A stretch of DNA of 64,000 bases from contig NC_068982.1 in assembly GCF_001194135.2 (NCBI RefSeq), positions 39,371,991-39,435,990 on the forward strand, written 5' to 3'. This DNA is from Octopus bimaculoides (taxonomy: Eukaryota). Position numbers and translations under genes: made by a program. The notes under the pieces were generated by a model, which saw only the letters and a program-made list of their open reading frames with translations, was not told the origin of the DNA and made no database searches. Shown here piece after piece: positions 1 to 14,048 of this stretch; position 1 is the stretch's first letter; the number at the start of each line of letters is the position of its first letter.

Positions 1-79
1 TATATATATATATGTATATATGTATGTATATATATATATATATGAATATATGTATATATATATATATATATATATACAA

Positions 80-122
<43 letters not shown>
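1..122. repeat. (TA)n microsatellite with TG interruptions
   Basis: Seen directly; it explains the YI-repeat ORFs at 12-227. Confidence 0.98.
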
Positions 123-128
<6 letters not shown>

Positions 129-2828
129 GTAGTCCAATTCTTCGATCTCTATATATACACATACATATGTGTACATGGTGTTATGTACAATTCTGGGTCT
201 GCATATGATTACAAGAGTTTCTGGTGAAAAATAGGAATCATAATATCGCATTGGGACCATTTTACATTTATGTTAACAGTACACTGGCCAACCACACTTC
301 AAGTGCTGTTATATTTGAAAAGAATTTCTCGCAAGTTAACAACGCTTAAATGCCTCTCTGATATTACTTTCGCAATTTTCTCCTACTTATGTTTCTTCTA
401 TATTTACCAATATCCATATGTTCAAATACTAACATCCTTTAACTTTAAGATTGAAATGCTTATTCTTTATTATTTACATTTTAATAAGTAACCTTCCGGC
501 ATTAACAACGGTAGGTTGGGAAGGAGAGGTGAGTGAATGCTGATGAATTATTAAATACTAACAAAACCTGTTACTTCAATACTTAATCCGATCTTCTGAA
601 ACTGCTTGGTGAACTTAATTTTAGAGCGACTAAGCATATAGCAGTTGGATTACATAAAGTATAATTTATTACAGTAGGATATATTTTACAAATTGAACAG
701 CCACAGAGTGTAAATATTAACTCCAAAATTGGTATTTACTTCTTGACTGGAAGAAAATTAACTGTCCCCACATAGCGATGACGAAATGACTAAAGTAGAT
801 AAGTTATTGAAATTTGAGTTAAATTTCGCTGAAGTGGCTTTATTGTGTCTCTCGGTGGGATAATTCTCTGTGCGTGATTCTACTCAGCAGTCGAGAATAG
901 GAACGCTATCTTCCAGTAATATTCCATATGATAGGCTGGCCTCCTATCTAAATCATTGCTTGAATTTATCGTCTCGTTTACAAGTTATCAGTTCTCTACT
1001 ACATCGGACTAAGACTTTTGGCATGAGAAATCAAATGTTGGTTGATTTCGTTTTGGAGTGCATGTGTGTTCTATCTCCTCATTTTCATATTCTGACTAAG
1101 ATGGAGGAGAATTGCACTGAAAATGAATAAAGAAATTATAAACCAAGAAAGAGAAAAAGAAATGTTTTTTCTTTCTCTTTAAGCTACTCTAGGTTTACAT
1201 CATTGAACTGAAATATTCCAATAAGAGAACAAAGACTGTAGATAAATGTAAAGTAGGTGGCAAGTTGGCCAAATGCCATTTATCGAATGAAATCCTATAT
1301 AAAGTATAATCATATGGTAAAAGAAAATCATAACTTCAGATAAGTGTTCTTAAGGTTCTAGCGAAGTCTAACTAAAAATCACTGAAATGATCAATATCGC
1401 TAATGTTACAAAAGAAGCTAAAATGGTAATGTTTAATGTAGAAAACACATGATTGTCCTCTTGTATCGAACACAATAGTTTTGTCAAAAGTGCAAGCAAA
1501 TTACAAAATCATTATTAATATTTGTGATGGTGATTGAATTAGTTGTAGATTATGGTAGTTTTGTAGTTGGTAGACATAGTTTGTGCTGCAGTGATGAATA
1601 ACTGCATTAGATATTGTGGTTATGTAGGTTACTTAAGGCGTAAGGACTGTAATGTTTATGATAAAGATTATAATCCAATAATGGTTTTAAATATAGTATT
1701 AAGTTGATCATTATAGGGTCATAGTTTTAGTAGTGGTCATGAAAAAGAACAATGTTGTGTCATAAATGGTGGTGATTATTGGTCAAAATCCCTTTCTAAG
1801 GTAATGCAGACAAATCAGCTTTAAAAAATTAAGAGTTGTTGAAAGGCTTATAGACAGGAGTACGCATAGTTGATCAAATCCTGCTCGGCTAGGGTCTGGT
1901 CTTTCACCACATCATATTCGAAAAAAATAATATAGTTATTGCGGTTGCTCATCCTATGGAAAACCCTGATAGTGCGTCACATCAACCAAAAGCATTCCAA
2001 CAATGGCTATCCTGGTTATTTCTTAAAAACAAGTACATGTAGCTTCTTTTATTACTGATTCGTTCACCACTGATCCGGAAATAACACAATTCGTTCGAAT
2101 GTGAACCATGTTATGCTTATCATGGATTAATCTGTGATAACATGTGTCAGTTATCAGTCGAAGATACTGCTTGTACTGCTAAAATGTGCCGCAGTGATCA
2201 CTACACAGGATGCATTGATTATCGCAGGTGCTTACATTATTGTGTTGCGAGACTGCGTACTTTTTATATAGATTTACGTACTTGAACCCTGTGAACAGAA
2301 AAATAATGCAAAGGTGCCCGATCCGAATAAACAACGCAGGGAAGAGTATTTTCTAGTAGGCAAAGATGATTAAGAAAATAAATGACGATAAATGCTTCAC
2401 TGCTGTGGGCTGCGATTTGTATGTCAATGAATCTACTGTGGTGAGGATTCATTTATCTCTGAGGCTTCCTTTTTCACTGAAAGAACCCCCCACCCCCGCA
2501 CGCTTTATCCAGAAAAGATTGATAAATGTTTCCTGGGTTTTTTGTTTTATGAAACCTTCTTAGTAACCAGCGCTATTTGTGCTACATTGTTTAAGATTTC
2601 CGATGGAGCTTGCAACATACAATCTAAATTGAAATGAGACTGCTCATGGTTTGAAAGCTCAGCCATCTGACTAAGGCACACACCAATATCGAAACACACA
2701 TAAAAGTATTTATATTAATTATTGTATAGTTTTAGCAATGCAATGTATATATATGTAAGCGCTATCTTTCGTTAATAAAATCATATAAACTCAATCGTAT
2801 ATCTATCTATCTATCTATCTATCTATCT

Positions 2829-2974
2829 TGTGTGGTAAGTAGCTTGCTTACCAGCCACATGGTTCCGGGTTCAGTCCCACTGCATGGCGCTTTGGGCAAG
2901 TGTCTTCTACTATAGCCTCGGGCCGACCAAAGTCTTGTGAGTGGATTTGGTAGAGGGAAACTAAAAGAAGCCCG

Positions 2975-3047
<73 letters not shown>

Positions 3048-3113
3048 TGTGTGTTTGTGTGTGTGTGTATATATGTTTGTGTATCTGAGTTTGTCCCCCA
3101 ACATCGCTTGATA
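2829..3113 (+). mobile_element. tRNA-derived SINE family B, 5' half, cut by a gap
   Basis: Head tgtggtaagtagcttgcttaccagccacatggttccgggttcagtcccactg with B-box-like GGTTCAGTCCC, then ttgggcaagtgtctt, then the central (TA)n(TG)n. About 10 similar copies occur in the window. Confidence 0.9.
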
Positions 3114-4431
3114 NNNNNNNNNNNNNNNNNNNNNNNNNNNNNNNNNNNNNNNNNNNNNNNNNNNNNNNNNNNNNNNNNNNNNNNNNNNNNNNNNNNNNNN
3201 NNNNNNNNNNNNNNNNNNNNNNNNNNNNNNNNNNNNNNNNNNNNNNNNNNNNNNNNNNNNNNNNNNNNNNNNNNNNNNNNNNNNNNNNNNNNNNNNNNNN
3301 NNNNNNNNNNNNNNNNNNNNNNNNNNNNNNNNNNNNNNNNNNNNNNNNNNNNNNNNNNNNNNNNNNNNNNNNNNNNNNNNNNNNNNNNNNNNNNNNNNNN
3401 NNNNNNNNNNNNNNNNNNNNNNNNNNNNNNNNNNNNNNNNNNNNNNNNNNNNNNNNNNNNNNNNNNNNNNNNNNNNNNNNNNNNNNNNNNNNNNNNNNNN
3501 NNNNNNNNNNNNNNNNNNNNNNNNNNNNNNNNNNNNNNNNNNNNNNNNNNNNNNNNNNNNNNNNNNNNNNNNNNNNNNNNNNNNNNNNNNNNNNNNNNNN
3601 NNNNNNNNNNNNNNNNNNNNNNNNNNNNNNNNNNNNNNNNNNNNNNNNNNNNNNNNNNNNNNNNNATATATATATATATATACACATGTGGGTGTATATG
3701 TATGTACGTACACGCACAAACACGCACACATATGAATCCGCACAGTTTCTCTCGATTGCAACGATAGAAGCCTATTGCATGCATACGTATGATATACATG
3801 CATATATGAGTGTGCATACACATTCACAATGATACACCCACATACAGACATACAGAAATGTACATGTGTGTAAACTATGAATGAATGCAGTGATTTTACT
3901 ATTTGTAATCTCCATTTTTGTCGAATACAGGATATAAAGCTTTATGTATGAATTTATATAAATGCATACAACTTTTCCCGCATATAAAACACTATACACA
4001 CCTATAGAAATAAATACACGCAAACATATCTAAGCAAGTATACATACGTACAAATGGAAACATATACACATATATCCACGCGCATACATACTGACATACA
4101 CAAAGTCAGTATTTTTATCTAGCACATCTCAAAACTACCTAATTGGATAAAAGCCAAGCTTGCATCTTTCATGAGATATCTAGCAGTAAAATTTTCTGAC
4201 CTCGTGTGGCTATAAGGAAAAGTAAAGTACAGGAGTAATGGCGCGAAAGTACTTTGCAAATCATAATAACCGTCATTGGAATTACATGAACAATATCCGT
4301 GTCAGTATATTTCAACGAGGAAAGATTTGCGAGGAAAATGTTTCTTGACTATATCATTTTTACTATCATAGTTATCGTTTGAGTTCTAGTCCAAATTGTT
4401 TTCGTTTTGGTTGCTTCATGAGAGGGCACGT

Positions 4432-4497
4432 TCTTCTTCTTCTTCTTCTTCTTCTTCTTCTTCTTCTTCTTCTTCTTCTTCTTCTTCTTCTTCTCAT

Positions 4498-4562
<65 letters not shown>

Positions 4563-4590
4563 TTATTATTATTATTATTATTATTATTGC
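4432..4590. repeat. Compound trinucleotide microsatellite (TTC)n(TAC)n(TAT)n
   Basis: Seen directly. Confidence 0.98.
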
Positions 4591-6149
4591 TCCCTGTTTG
4601 AGAAATATATAAAGAATTTCCTTTGTTACATAAAAACAAAATAGGTGTAGCTTCTTAGACATTCAGTAAAATGCTGAAGGTTACGAGATGCCGCGTGGGA
4701 ATGCCGTAATATTTACATCTATCATTGTTATTTTCTGGAAAATGCCTATGTATATTCTAATTGGTGATGTTGCAATCTTGTCAATTTCTGAATAGAAATG
4801 GTTGTCTAGCATTCCAGTTGTGTCAATTACTTATAGAATGACGAATACAATCTTTAAATACCCTGATATATTTAGTTCAACTGCTGATTCGCTCTAATTC
4901 TTTAGGTTTCCAGGTCACTTTTGTAAAATCTGATAGGCATTTGCTGTTGCTGTGCTATACGTTAGTAAACTATTGCCATTCTAGTAACAGAGAAAGATGT
5001 TTAAGTTATCATGTGCCGTCCGCTGATTTAAAGTCCAGTGTGCAACTAAACACATCATATATGCAAACATAAAGATACTCAACGCTAATAAACACCATAC
5101 AGCAACAGAAACAGTTCTTGAGGAGAGAGGAGAGAGAGAGAGTGGAAAGTTTAATCATAGCATGTTGACTCCGCTATTGAGAACTCGAGTAACAGAAGTG
5201 CACAGGCCGACATACTCTTTGGCTATGCACCTTGAATGAAGTTACGTGCATAACTTGCATATGCGAGTGTAGGTATGATGCGCGGAATGTTTCCAGTCAT
5301 TTTTGTTTAGTTTTCAATGTAAACACCCTCCGCTCTCTTTGCTACATACTGACATCACTCTCTTATGTTGATTCACAATGATGCAATGTTGTGAAGTCGA
5401 ATGTTTTCCCGTTGACAGTCAATCAGTGCAATAACGTTTCAGAGATATTTTACATTGTTTAGGTCTGTATTAATATTAAAGATTGGTTTCTAAGAACAAG
5501 CGCAAACAAAGTAGTTTACTTACGTTGTTATTACACGAAATATATTCTATTGCTGAAAATGTTGCATATTCTGACAAAGGAGGGCACTGATTCAAAACGT
5601 TTGCTTACTATATTTTAGAAATTACAGATATTCCTCTAAATATTCCCGTTGTTGGTAGTCTACAACTATATGATAAATGTCCTTGCGACTTCTGACGCAT
5701 TCATGTTGCTGTCGTTTTTTATTGATATATGTTTGCAAATTTAGCTGTCATATAACAACACAATTTTATTGCTATTCCTTATGATCGTCAGATGTACGAT
5801 TTTTAAGACCATTTCAGCTGTTGCGTTAGTTTTTGCTAATTCGAAATATGATTAATTTCTTGTAGCGATAGTCCATCTAGAAGATTTTTATTAGTGAATT
5901 TCATTTCGCCTCGTTTCATTGTCCAACCAATCATATAGCTGTGTAGTTAGCTTTATGTTCTGTTTATGTGTAATTCTTAGAGTTCAGAGTGTATAGTTAG
6001 TTGCTTAAAATATTACAACTATCATAGACAAGTAAGTATGGTTTGGTAACACGCCTCATGTTTTTGTTAAAAGTTTTAGATGGCTATATAATCGCATGCA
6101 GGAGTTCGAAATTTGACATTACCCTCACTTTGACCCAGCGGTAATTACA

Positions 6150-6330
6150 GACACCTGGGAAGAAAGAGCTGTACCGGTACCTACGTGGTACTCTACTCAA
6201 ATAGAGTAGACTGGGGTTACGAGAGATGAAGTACCTTACTCAAGAACCTAAAGTGTTACTCAGACCAGAAATCTAACCCTCGGTCTTAGGATCATGGTTC
6301 AAAAACCTTACCCACAAAACCAGGCGCCTT
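6150..6330 (-). mobile_element. Degenerate tRNA-derived SINE family C
   Basis: Reverse complement ggcgcctggttttgtgggtaagg...gagggttagatttctgg...ttcttgagtaaggtacttc resembles the better copy at 34360-34680. Confidence 0.55.
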
Positions 6331-6733
6331 CACTTATCTGCTTAGCTTTTTCTTATTTCCTATAAACCTGTTATTATGGGGTGTGTTTCTGTTTTCAGTC
6401 CTATCTCATATTCTGAATATCTCTATTTCTATGTCTTTTTGTTTCTTCATTTCTTTTTACTATATGTTGAGGCCTGTCTGATTTAATAAAGTAATTAATG
6501 GACATTTTTTTGTCTTCACTAGCCTAAGTGAGAATAACAGCTGAGCGAATTGCTTTAATCTCAATGTCTAAATGAATCAGTATGTTGTAGAGCATAAACA
6601 ATTTGTCATTCTCTGAAATATTTCGTTGCGTGATCGTATGTCTTTTTGCTGGTTGTTACATAATGTTTGCATACTGTCCAGTGTTTGAAAATTACATTTA
6701 TCAAACGTATGTACACATGTATGTCAGCATAGT

Positions 6734-6781
<48 letters not shown>

Positions 6782-6802
6782 TATATATATGTATACTTGG
6801 AA

Positions 6803-6849
<47 letters not shown>

Positions 6850-7271
6850 TGCCCTGCTTTTGTTAAGACTTTATAACTAAAACCAGTGTGATTTACTGTT
6901 CTTTACAGCCTCAACATATTCAGCATTTATATCTATTTAACTGAGTGAGTTTTGGGCAGTTCATTTTAGGAAGGGGTTGGTACTGTGTCATGTTGAAAAA
7001 CTCATTCGACTTGGCATTCAGTTCTCTACTTTTCAGTTGCTACTGATTTATTTCTTGATCCACCTACCTTTTTCGTGAAAGGGCGTAGTTAAAAGAGAAA
7101 GGGTAGCATTCATCATTCATTTCAATGTCTCGGAGGACTAGTAGGAAGAAATGACAAAATTAGCTTCAGAACTAAAATGATTACTACTGATTTATCTTTG
7201 CAAAATGCATTTAAAGCAAGGCGCAGTGTTAAACTGAACCACTGATTTGGTCTACATTGATTAGGAATGTT

Positions 7272-7585
7272 TCTGCAGTTAAGAAGTTTGCTTTACTACC
7301 GTGTAGTTTTGTGTTCAGTCCCACTGCAAGTTTCTTCTACTGCAGCTCTAGGTCGACCAATGCTTTGTGAATGAATTTGGTAGATGGAAAACGTGTGGAA
7401 GCTCGCCATATATATGTGTGTGTTTATGTGTGCATACGTGTGTGTATATGTATACGTGTGTGTGTGTGTATGTGTGTGTGCACTTGTGCCTTTATTTTCC
7501 TTCGCCACTTGACAACCGAGGTTGGTTTACAACCCCGTAACTTAACAATTCGACAAAAAGAGCCCGATAAAATAAGTATCATACT
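7272..7585 (+). mobile_element. SINE family B, degenerate with internal deletions
   Basis: gtgttcagtcccactgc...tttggtagatggaaa, then a TG-rich centre, then cttgacaaccgaggttggtttacaaccccgtaacttaac. Confidence 0.85.
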
Positions 7586-7629
7586 GAAAAAATTAGCATT
7601 GTTCATGTAAAAGAAAGCACCTTACTCCA

Positions 7630-8495
7630 CCAGTATTGTCGAGTATGGGCAAAATATAAGTTTTCTCACCAATGTATTATTACATTTTGTAATCACATTT
7701 TCAGTTCAGTACTTTAAAAATAGTTAATGTTATTAGTCCATCTTTCTCATAGCTTTATGTTACAAGATTCCTAATTTTGTAATTTTGACTTCTCTTAAAA
7801 TGGGAAACAGTTCTGTTTTGTTCATGTTTTGTCACTGTTAGTATTTGTTTTCTTTGCTTCCTTACTGTATATTTCCATAGAATGACAGTTTATTTGTTCG
7901 CCATGGTACTGTTTGTCTTCAACTTACAGAATATTTCTACATCTCTATATTCCTGATAAATATAATCTTCCTTTCGTCTTCGTGTTGTATTCTAAATGCA
8001 ATTATTTTTTTCTTATTTGTCATGCTTAGTCTTACTTATTCACTTAGACTATATTAGGAGAATATTTTAACAGCATACTGCTAGAACACATGAAATATTG
8101 ATATGTTCAACCATATTTTTATGTAGCAATGTTTTAAGTATTCAATTAATGCATCTAAAATATTGCTACCTACCATTCTCTTGCATTTGTGCGGGTTGTC
8201 CTAGCTTTAGTTAATTAATTTTTATGTATTTTAAAGATGGATTGTTCTAATTATCTCTCTGTTTCTTTATCTAATATATTGGAGAGTATAATTAATTCTT
8301 CTCTTCAAAGTTGCATTGGCCAACTTTTCTGAATCGAATTGCATGTAGCTCTCTTTACTGAATCCGTGTTTTATGTTACAGGTTTTCTGTTTGTTTACAT
8401 CAACAGACAACTTTAGGTCATCTACGTAGGGCACATGGACTATTGCCATCTTATAACATTATATTCTGTATCCAGTCTCATTTAATAATTTTTCT
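7630..8495 (-). pseudogene. Decayed reverse transcriptase of a Dong/R4-type non-LTR retrotransposon
   Basis: Minus translation KLLNETGYRI*CYKMAIVHVPYVDDLKLSV...HGFSKESYMQFDSEKLANATLKR has the RT YxDD motif in the HL.YMDDLKL...GF..D.GM.FG..KCA context of R4/Dong-like RTs. After a frameshift it continues SNILDKETE..LEQS and QMQE..QYFR..ILKT..KN. Many stops and frameshifts. Confidence 0.75.
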
Positions 8496-8697
8496 TATGA
8501 TCATGATCATGATCACAACCATGATGATGATCATGAAGTGATCATGACCGTTGTCATCGACATTATTTATATAATAAAGGGCGATGGGTGGCAAAATCAT
8601 TAGGGTGCCAAACAAGATGTCTTGTAATTTTAATTATGCCTCTTTATATTTTGTGATCAGATACCAACGGAGTAGAGTTTCCTATATACATATATTC

Positions 8698-9112
8698 TCT
8701 TATTCTTGTTTTCTTTTACATATTTCAATAATTTGCCTGCGGTCATGCTGGAGCACAGCGTTTTAGTCGAGCAAATCGACCCCTGGTCTTATTCTTTGTA
8801 AGCCTAGTACTTATTCTATCGGTCACTTTTGCCGAACCAGTAAGTTACGAGGGCGTAAACGGTTGTCAAGCGATGCTGAGTGGAGGGGAACACAGACACA
8901 CAAACATATATACACGCATGCAAATATATATATATATATATATATATGACGGTATTCTTTCACTTTCCGTATACCAAATCAACTCACAAGGCTTTGATCG
9001 GCCCGAGGTTATAGCAGAAGATACTTGCGCAAGGTGCCACGCAGTGGAACTGAACTTGGAACCATGTGGTTTGTAAGGAAGCAACTTACCACACAACCAC
9101 TCCTGCGCCTAC
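8698..9112 (-). mobile_element. SINE family B, near full length
   Basis: Reverse complement of the head (9112-8945), the (TA)n centre and the tail (catgctggagcacagcgttttagtcgagcaaatcgacccc). Confidence 0.92.
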
Positions 9113-10370
9113 ACATATCACACACACATACATACATACACACAGACACACAGACACACACATATATATATATTCCCATGTGTGTGCGTATGTGTGTGTG
9201 CGCGCGTGTGTGTATTTGTTCCGGCACCCAATTACCTGAATGCATAGCCATGCACACCATTAACATACGGAGATATCCACCTGTATATTAGTGTAGTCCA
9301 CAGTAAGCAAGTCTTCAGTAATTAATAGTAGATTACCCAGAAAAGCTTATACTGTTTTAGGCAAGTATGTCTTCGCATCCTTAACCAACTTAATATAGAC
9401 ACAATTCACGATTTATATCCCTCCTATTTATGTTTTTCATAGATTCTGAACCTCCTAAATATCACTGATTTTTTTCTGAACAATACTCATATTAATTATG
9501 TAGTGTTTCGTATGGAGGAAGCTTGCAATATATGAAAATAGGACGGGCAGATTGAAAGCCTGCCAAGTTTGAAAAGGGGATGGACAAATTGTCATGTTTA
9601 ATGAAATTAGGATAGCTTTGACCCTTTGCCTGTCCAAACTATTTTCATAAGCTTCTCCTAAAGGTACATACTTGTTTCCAGACTCTTATTTGACCTTTGT
9701 TTCATATGTTCAGAGTAATATAAAGTTTTCATATTCTAAGTCTCGAGTTACCCTGATTGTTGAAAAAAAAAAAAAAAATGTTATCATATACGGCACATAG
9801 GCGCCAGGGAAATATTTCCAATCTGTCGCACGTGATACACAGGACGGGTAAAGTCTTAAATTAAAAAAAAAAAATTGTCGCATATCATTAATACCACGGT
9901 GACGTGTGTGGGCTGGGGGTTTTGGTTACAATGAAGTGAATACCAATACTATTCTCTTTTCGTTGATACTTTATTTACGGAAAATGATGGGGATAAACAA
10001 GTTTTCCCTGATATCTTTTTATTGAATAGGATACGTCAGTTGAAGAAACACTGATTTAAAGTTCATTACATACGTGTTTGCCTTTGATGACAATGTTTGG
10101 CCGGTTCACAGCCATGTTGTTTTTTCATCTATATCAATATCTATATCAATTTCCCAAGGGCTTGTTATTTCATGTTTTTCCAATACTTTCTTTCGCAGCG
10201 AGATTATTGGAAATAGTTATTTTGCTAGTGCTTGAAGATTTTCCAGTGCATATATCCAGTTGAACTAGAATTAAATGTCTCAACATAAACTTAGTAATAT
10301 TTAGCTATTGACATCGTGCAAATACATCACCAGTTGGTTAATACACACACACACATATATATATATATGA

Positions 10371-10428
<58 letters not shown>

Positions 10429-11589
10429 GTGTTTGGAGAGAGAGAGAGAGGCGGGGTAGTTTTATCGACGTGAATATTGCCCAGTGGTTGTTTTTGCACC
10501 ACCTCTTCGGACGACCCAGGGAGCGACTGCCGTGCTCCTGCTCTCTGAAGAATAACAGTCACACCGATCTGGATTCGTCCGTTACGGATGTCGTCACCTC
10601 TCCATTTATCATGTCATTAAACATACATATGCATTCATTCATTCATTCATTCATTCATTCATTCATTCATTTACGTTTATATACACATGGTGAGTGCTTG
10701 CGCGCGTGTATGAACAAAGTTTTACATGTAGATCATGTGTACATTGTACCTACAATAATACACATAACAAAAGAGGCATTGTTCAATAATAGCCATTAAT
10801 TAAGATGTGCTTTTATATATTATACACAACATCTAATATAAATTGCGTCTTAGAAAATATATATAAAGCAATTTTATTGCCTTAATGGTAATCTGTTCTA
10901 AATTACTGAAATTCTTTAAAAACATCTCAAGAAAAGTTGCTCCTTTTTAGTGTTACGGTGGTTTGTTGAAAGAAAGAATATTTCCTCGTACACGCAAATA
11001 TTCACACCAATGTATTCATAGCTACATGTCTCTACCCACACATTTAGATACGCACTTGCGTTTAGTTGTGTCTCAGTTTACACTCTAAATATTGTAAATA
11101 GCCAGAGAAAATAGGAAACAATCGCGATGTCTTGAGGGTTACTTAAAATGAAATAATATGAAATAATATTTATAAATGTTCCAAAAACAAATTCCCACCA
11201 CCGCCGCCACCTTAATTCTCCTCATCATCTCATCGTCGTCATCTATCTCCTCTTCCACAATATCTGAATGCATCAAAACAATACTAATGCTAATATCGTT
11301 CGTTCAATTTTAAATTATATTATTACAAAGGAAATGAAATATTATACTCAAAAGGTAATATGGTAATACAAGGAAACGAAATCAAGATTAGTTTCATTAA
11401 ACAGAGCAACACAATTTGATACGACACGGTTCATAACCCCCGGCCTCCGTCAAACGATATAACGAAACTGAAAGTCAATTTGTTTGACTTCAGGTATTTA
11501 ACCTTTTAAGCTACATAATTATAATTATCACTTGCATTATTATAACTAAGAATTTCTATTATCGTTTCTCCCGAATCTGATCTGCTTTC

Positions 11590-12083
11590 AACATTGTTTA
11601 CGAACAAGAAATATAGAATCTATCTATGGTAGAACCTCTTTGCGTAACATGCGGATTTGTGCTAGCAAATCGGTACGAATTTATTTAAAAATTCTCCTTC
11701 ACAAATGACATATTTAAAAAATTCATATGAAAGGAATTCCAAATCATTATGTAATCTTTCAAATGTGAAACTTTCTCCCTAAACAAATGGAATCTCAAAC
11801 AAGAAGCAAAAGACATGAGTGAATTTATCGCTGAATTTAACACTGAAAAGGTAAATTTATGGTTAGGAGTCTTATCACTGAGATCAATTTCATCTTTTGC
11901 GTCCGTGTATAATATATCGAAGGCTACAAAATGCAATGCACCATTCTTTTCTAGAGATGGTGGAGTGTAATTTGAGGGAAAATAGGCAGATGTAGCGGTT
12001 TCAGCGACATGTAGAAACGCTTTTCTTATCCGGCATAAAAAGATGAGGTGACTTTCACTGAGAGTAGGACTGACGTTTAACAA
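11590..12083 (-). pseudogene. Probable Penelope-like RT fragment (132-codon open stretch)
   Basis: HFVAFDILYTD resembles the PLE motif LVSFDV.SLYTN. SHLKDYIMIWNSF..NFLNMSFVKEN resembles Q.KG.AMG..FAP..ANL.M..EE. A frameshifted KRF/IDRFYI resembles KRYIDD.FI. Aligned from memory only. Confidence 0.5.
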
Positions 12084-12097
12084 ACGATAGTCAGTAC

Positions 12098-12255
12098 AGG
12101 AGTAGCTGTGTGGTAAGCAGCTGGCTTACCAACGACATTGTTCCAAGTTCAGTCCCAATGTGTGGCACCTTGAGCATGTGTCTTTGACTATAGCTTCAGG
12201 CCGATCAAAGCTTTGTGAGTGCATTTGGTAGACGGAAACTGAAAGAAGCCCATCG

Positions 12256-12352
<97 letters not shown>

Positions 12353-12545
12353 TTGTGTCTCCACCATCGCTTGACAACTGATGCTGGTGTGTTTCCGTGC
12401 CCGTAACCTAGCGGTTCGGCAAAAAGTGGCCGATGCACTAAGTACTAGGCTTACAAAGAATAAGTACTGGGGTCGATTTGTTCGACTAAAGGCGGTGCTC
12501 CAGCATGGCCACAGTCTGAAGCAAATAAAAGAATAAAAGAATAAA
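12098..12545 (+). mobile_element. SINE family B, near full length
   Basis: A-box-like TAGCTGTGTGG and a B-box-like segment, (TA)n(TG)n centre, tail ggcggtgctccagcatggccacagtc...taaaagaataaaaga. Confidence 0.93.
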
Positions 12546-13364
12546 TACATGTGAAAAAAGAAATTCCGCACAAATCATCAGGTTTATATCAGTAGAAGCT
12601 CAGTATTTGATATGATTCCGAAATTAATGACGTATATTCCACGTGGAATCAAAGGTGAACTGTATAATAGTTTGAATTTTGAATACGAATATCGGGATAT
12701 AATTTTTGTAAAGACAATTTCTATCGTTGTCTTATTCATTCATGCATATATAAATAGGAACGTGCGGCAACACACATACGCACACGCATCCACACACCGA
12801 AGAAAACGCATTTGCTGGTGCATCTAATTTTAAACATTTATATTATGTTACATTTATATCTTGGGACTAATTCACTCAGCATGGAAGTACTAAGAGTAAT
12901 ATTAGATTGGGCTGACAGTAAGTGGATGACTTCTCCGCTAGGTGTTGCGGCGATCAAATGCACTAATGAAAATTGTGTGATACGAATGAAGGTAACAACA
13001 GTAGTTGGTCCACTCATGCTCTTTCGTATTAAATGGTTCCTATGTAAACTCGTTAGAAGGAGAAGGTGGATCGCTTTGGTATAACGCTATTGGTATTCAA
13101 AAAGAATTTAGACTGTTACGTGGTTCTATTCCTGTAGGTGTTCCTGTCTACATTTTCCCCCTCTTATGCTATGCTTGTGAATGTACTTAAATCTTAAACG
13201 ATGTTTATATATATATTGAATAGGCACTGAATTCGCTGCTTGGAATTGAAATGAATACATATAATGTTTGTTATTCCAAAAGTGTGAGATGCATATGCAG
13301 TATCATTTCAGCATCATATAAAATACTCTGCAATAATTGTTTCAGCTCTATGCATTCTGATTTC

Positions 13365-13500
13365 AATTTCCCCTGGGGTCAATTCGTCTTTCAGCCTTTC
13401 TGGGGCCAGTAAAATAAAGTACCAGTTAAGTACTGAGGTCGATGGTTTCGGTTAACTACTTCTCGTCAAAACTCTTTCCATAAATTTAGAAGCAATTATC
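13365..13500 (+). mobile_element. SINE family A, 3' fragment
   Basis: ttcgtctttcagcctttctggggccagtaaaataaagtaccagttaagtactgaggtcgat matches the family A core. Confidence 0.7.
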
Positions 13501-14048
13501 AACCCTTAAAATTTTAGATTGTGTTTATTAGTGAACAAAAGCAGTGACTCCCATGATTAGGCTCAGGTGACGGCAAAATCTTAAGCAACTCTTCATTCTG
13601 GAGGACTGGGTTGTATGTACTACAAGGGAGGGAATCATACTTGTACAAGGGAAAATATACAGTGGTTATATTAGTGTCGCCAGGAGGACATTTGAACATT
13701 AGTTATTGATTCTTAAAGACTTAAAGTCGTCCTTTTCCGTGTAGGATTTTGCACATAAAGAGATAAAAAGATAGCTGATAGTATAATTCAGTGAAAAAAT
13801 TGAATTTCTTTGTTCAGTGAGGAGTTCCTTAAGTTCGTTTCTGTTGAAACAAGCCTTTCTGATATTTCGGAGAACAATCTTCTCTAGCGATTAAGGAAAA
13901 TATTTCTTCGTCCATAATATAATCTATAGGTCAAGTCGTAGTATGCTCGAGAAAAAATGTATTTCTTAAGTGTAAAATCTTTATTTTTTTCTTTTTTTAA
14001 ATCGTATTTTTTGGAAGAAGAGTTCCTGACATTTCAGATATAAAAATC

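Noticed and set aside
11685-11830. GPCR TM7-like VLNSAIN..F
   Set aside because: No NPxxY or other helices; the PLE RT reading explains more of the sequence.
13514-13699. Minus ORF with STYNP..LQNEELLKIL, possibly a Penelope linker
   Set aside because: The similarity is too short to support; other frames are equally open.
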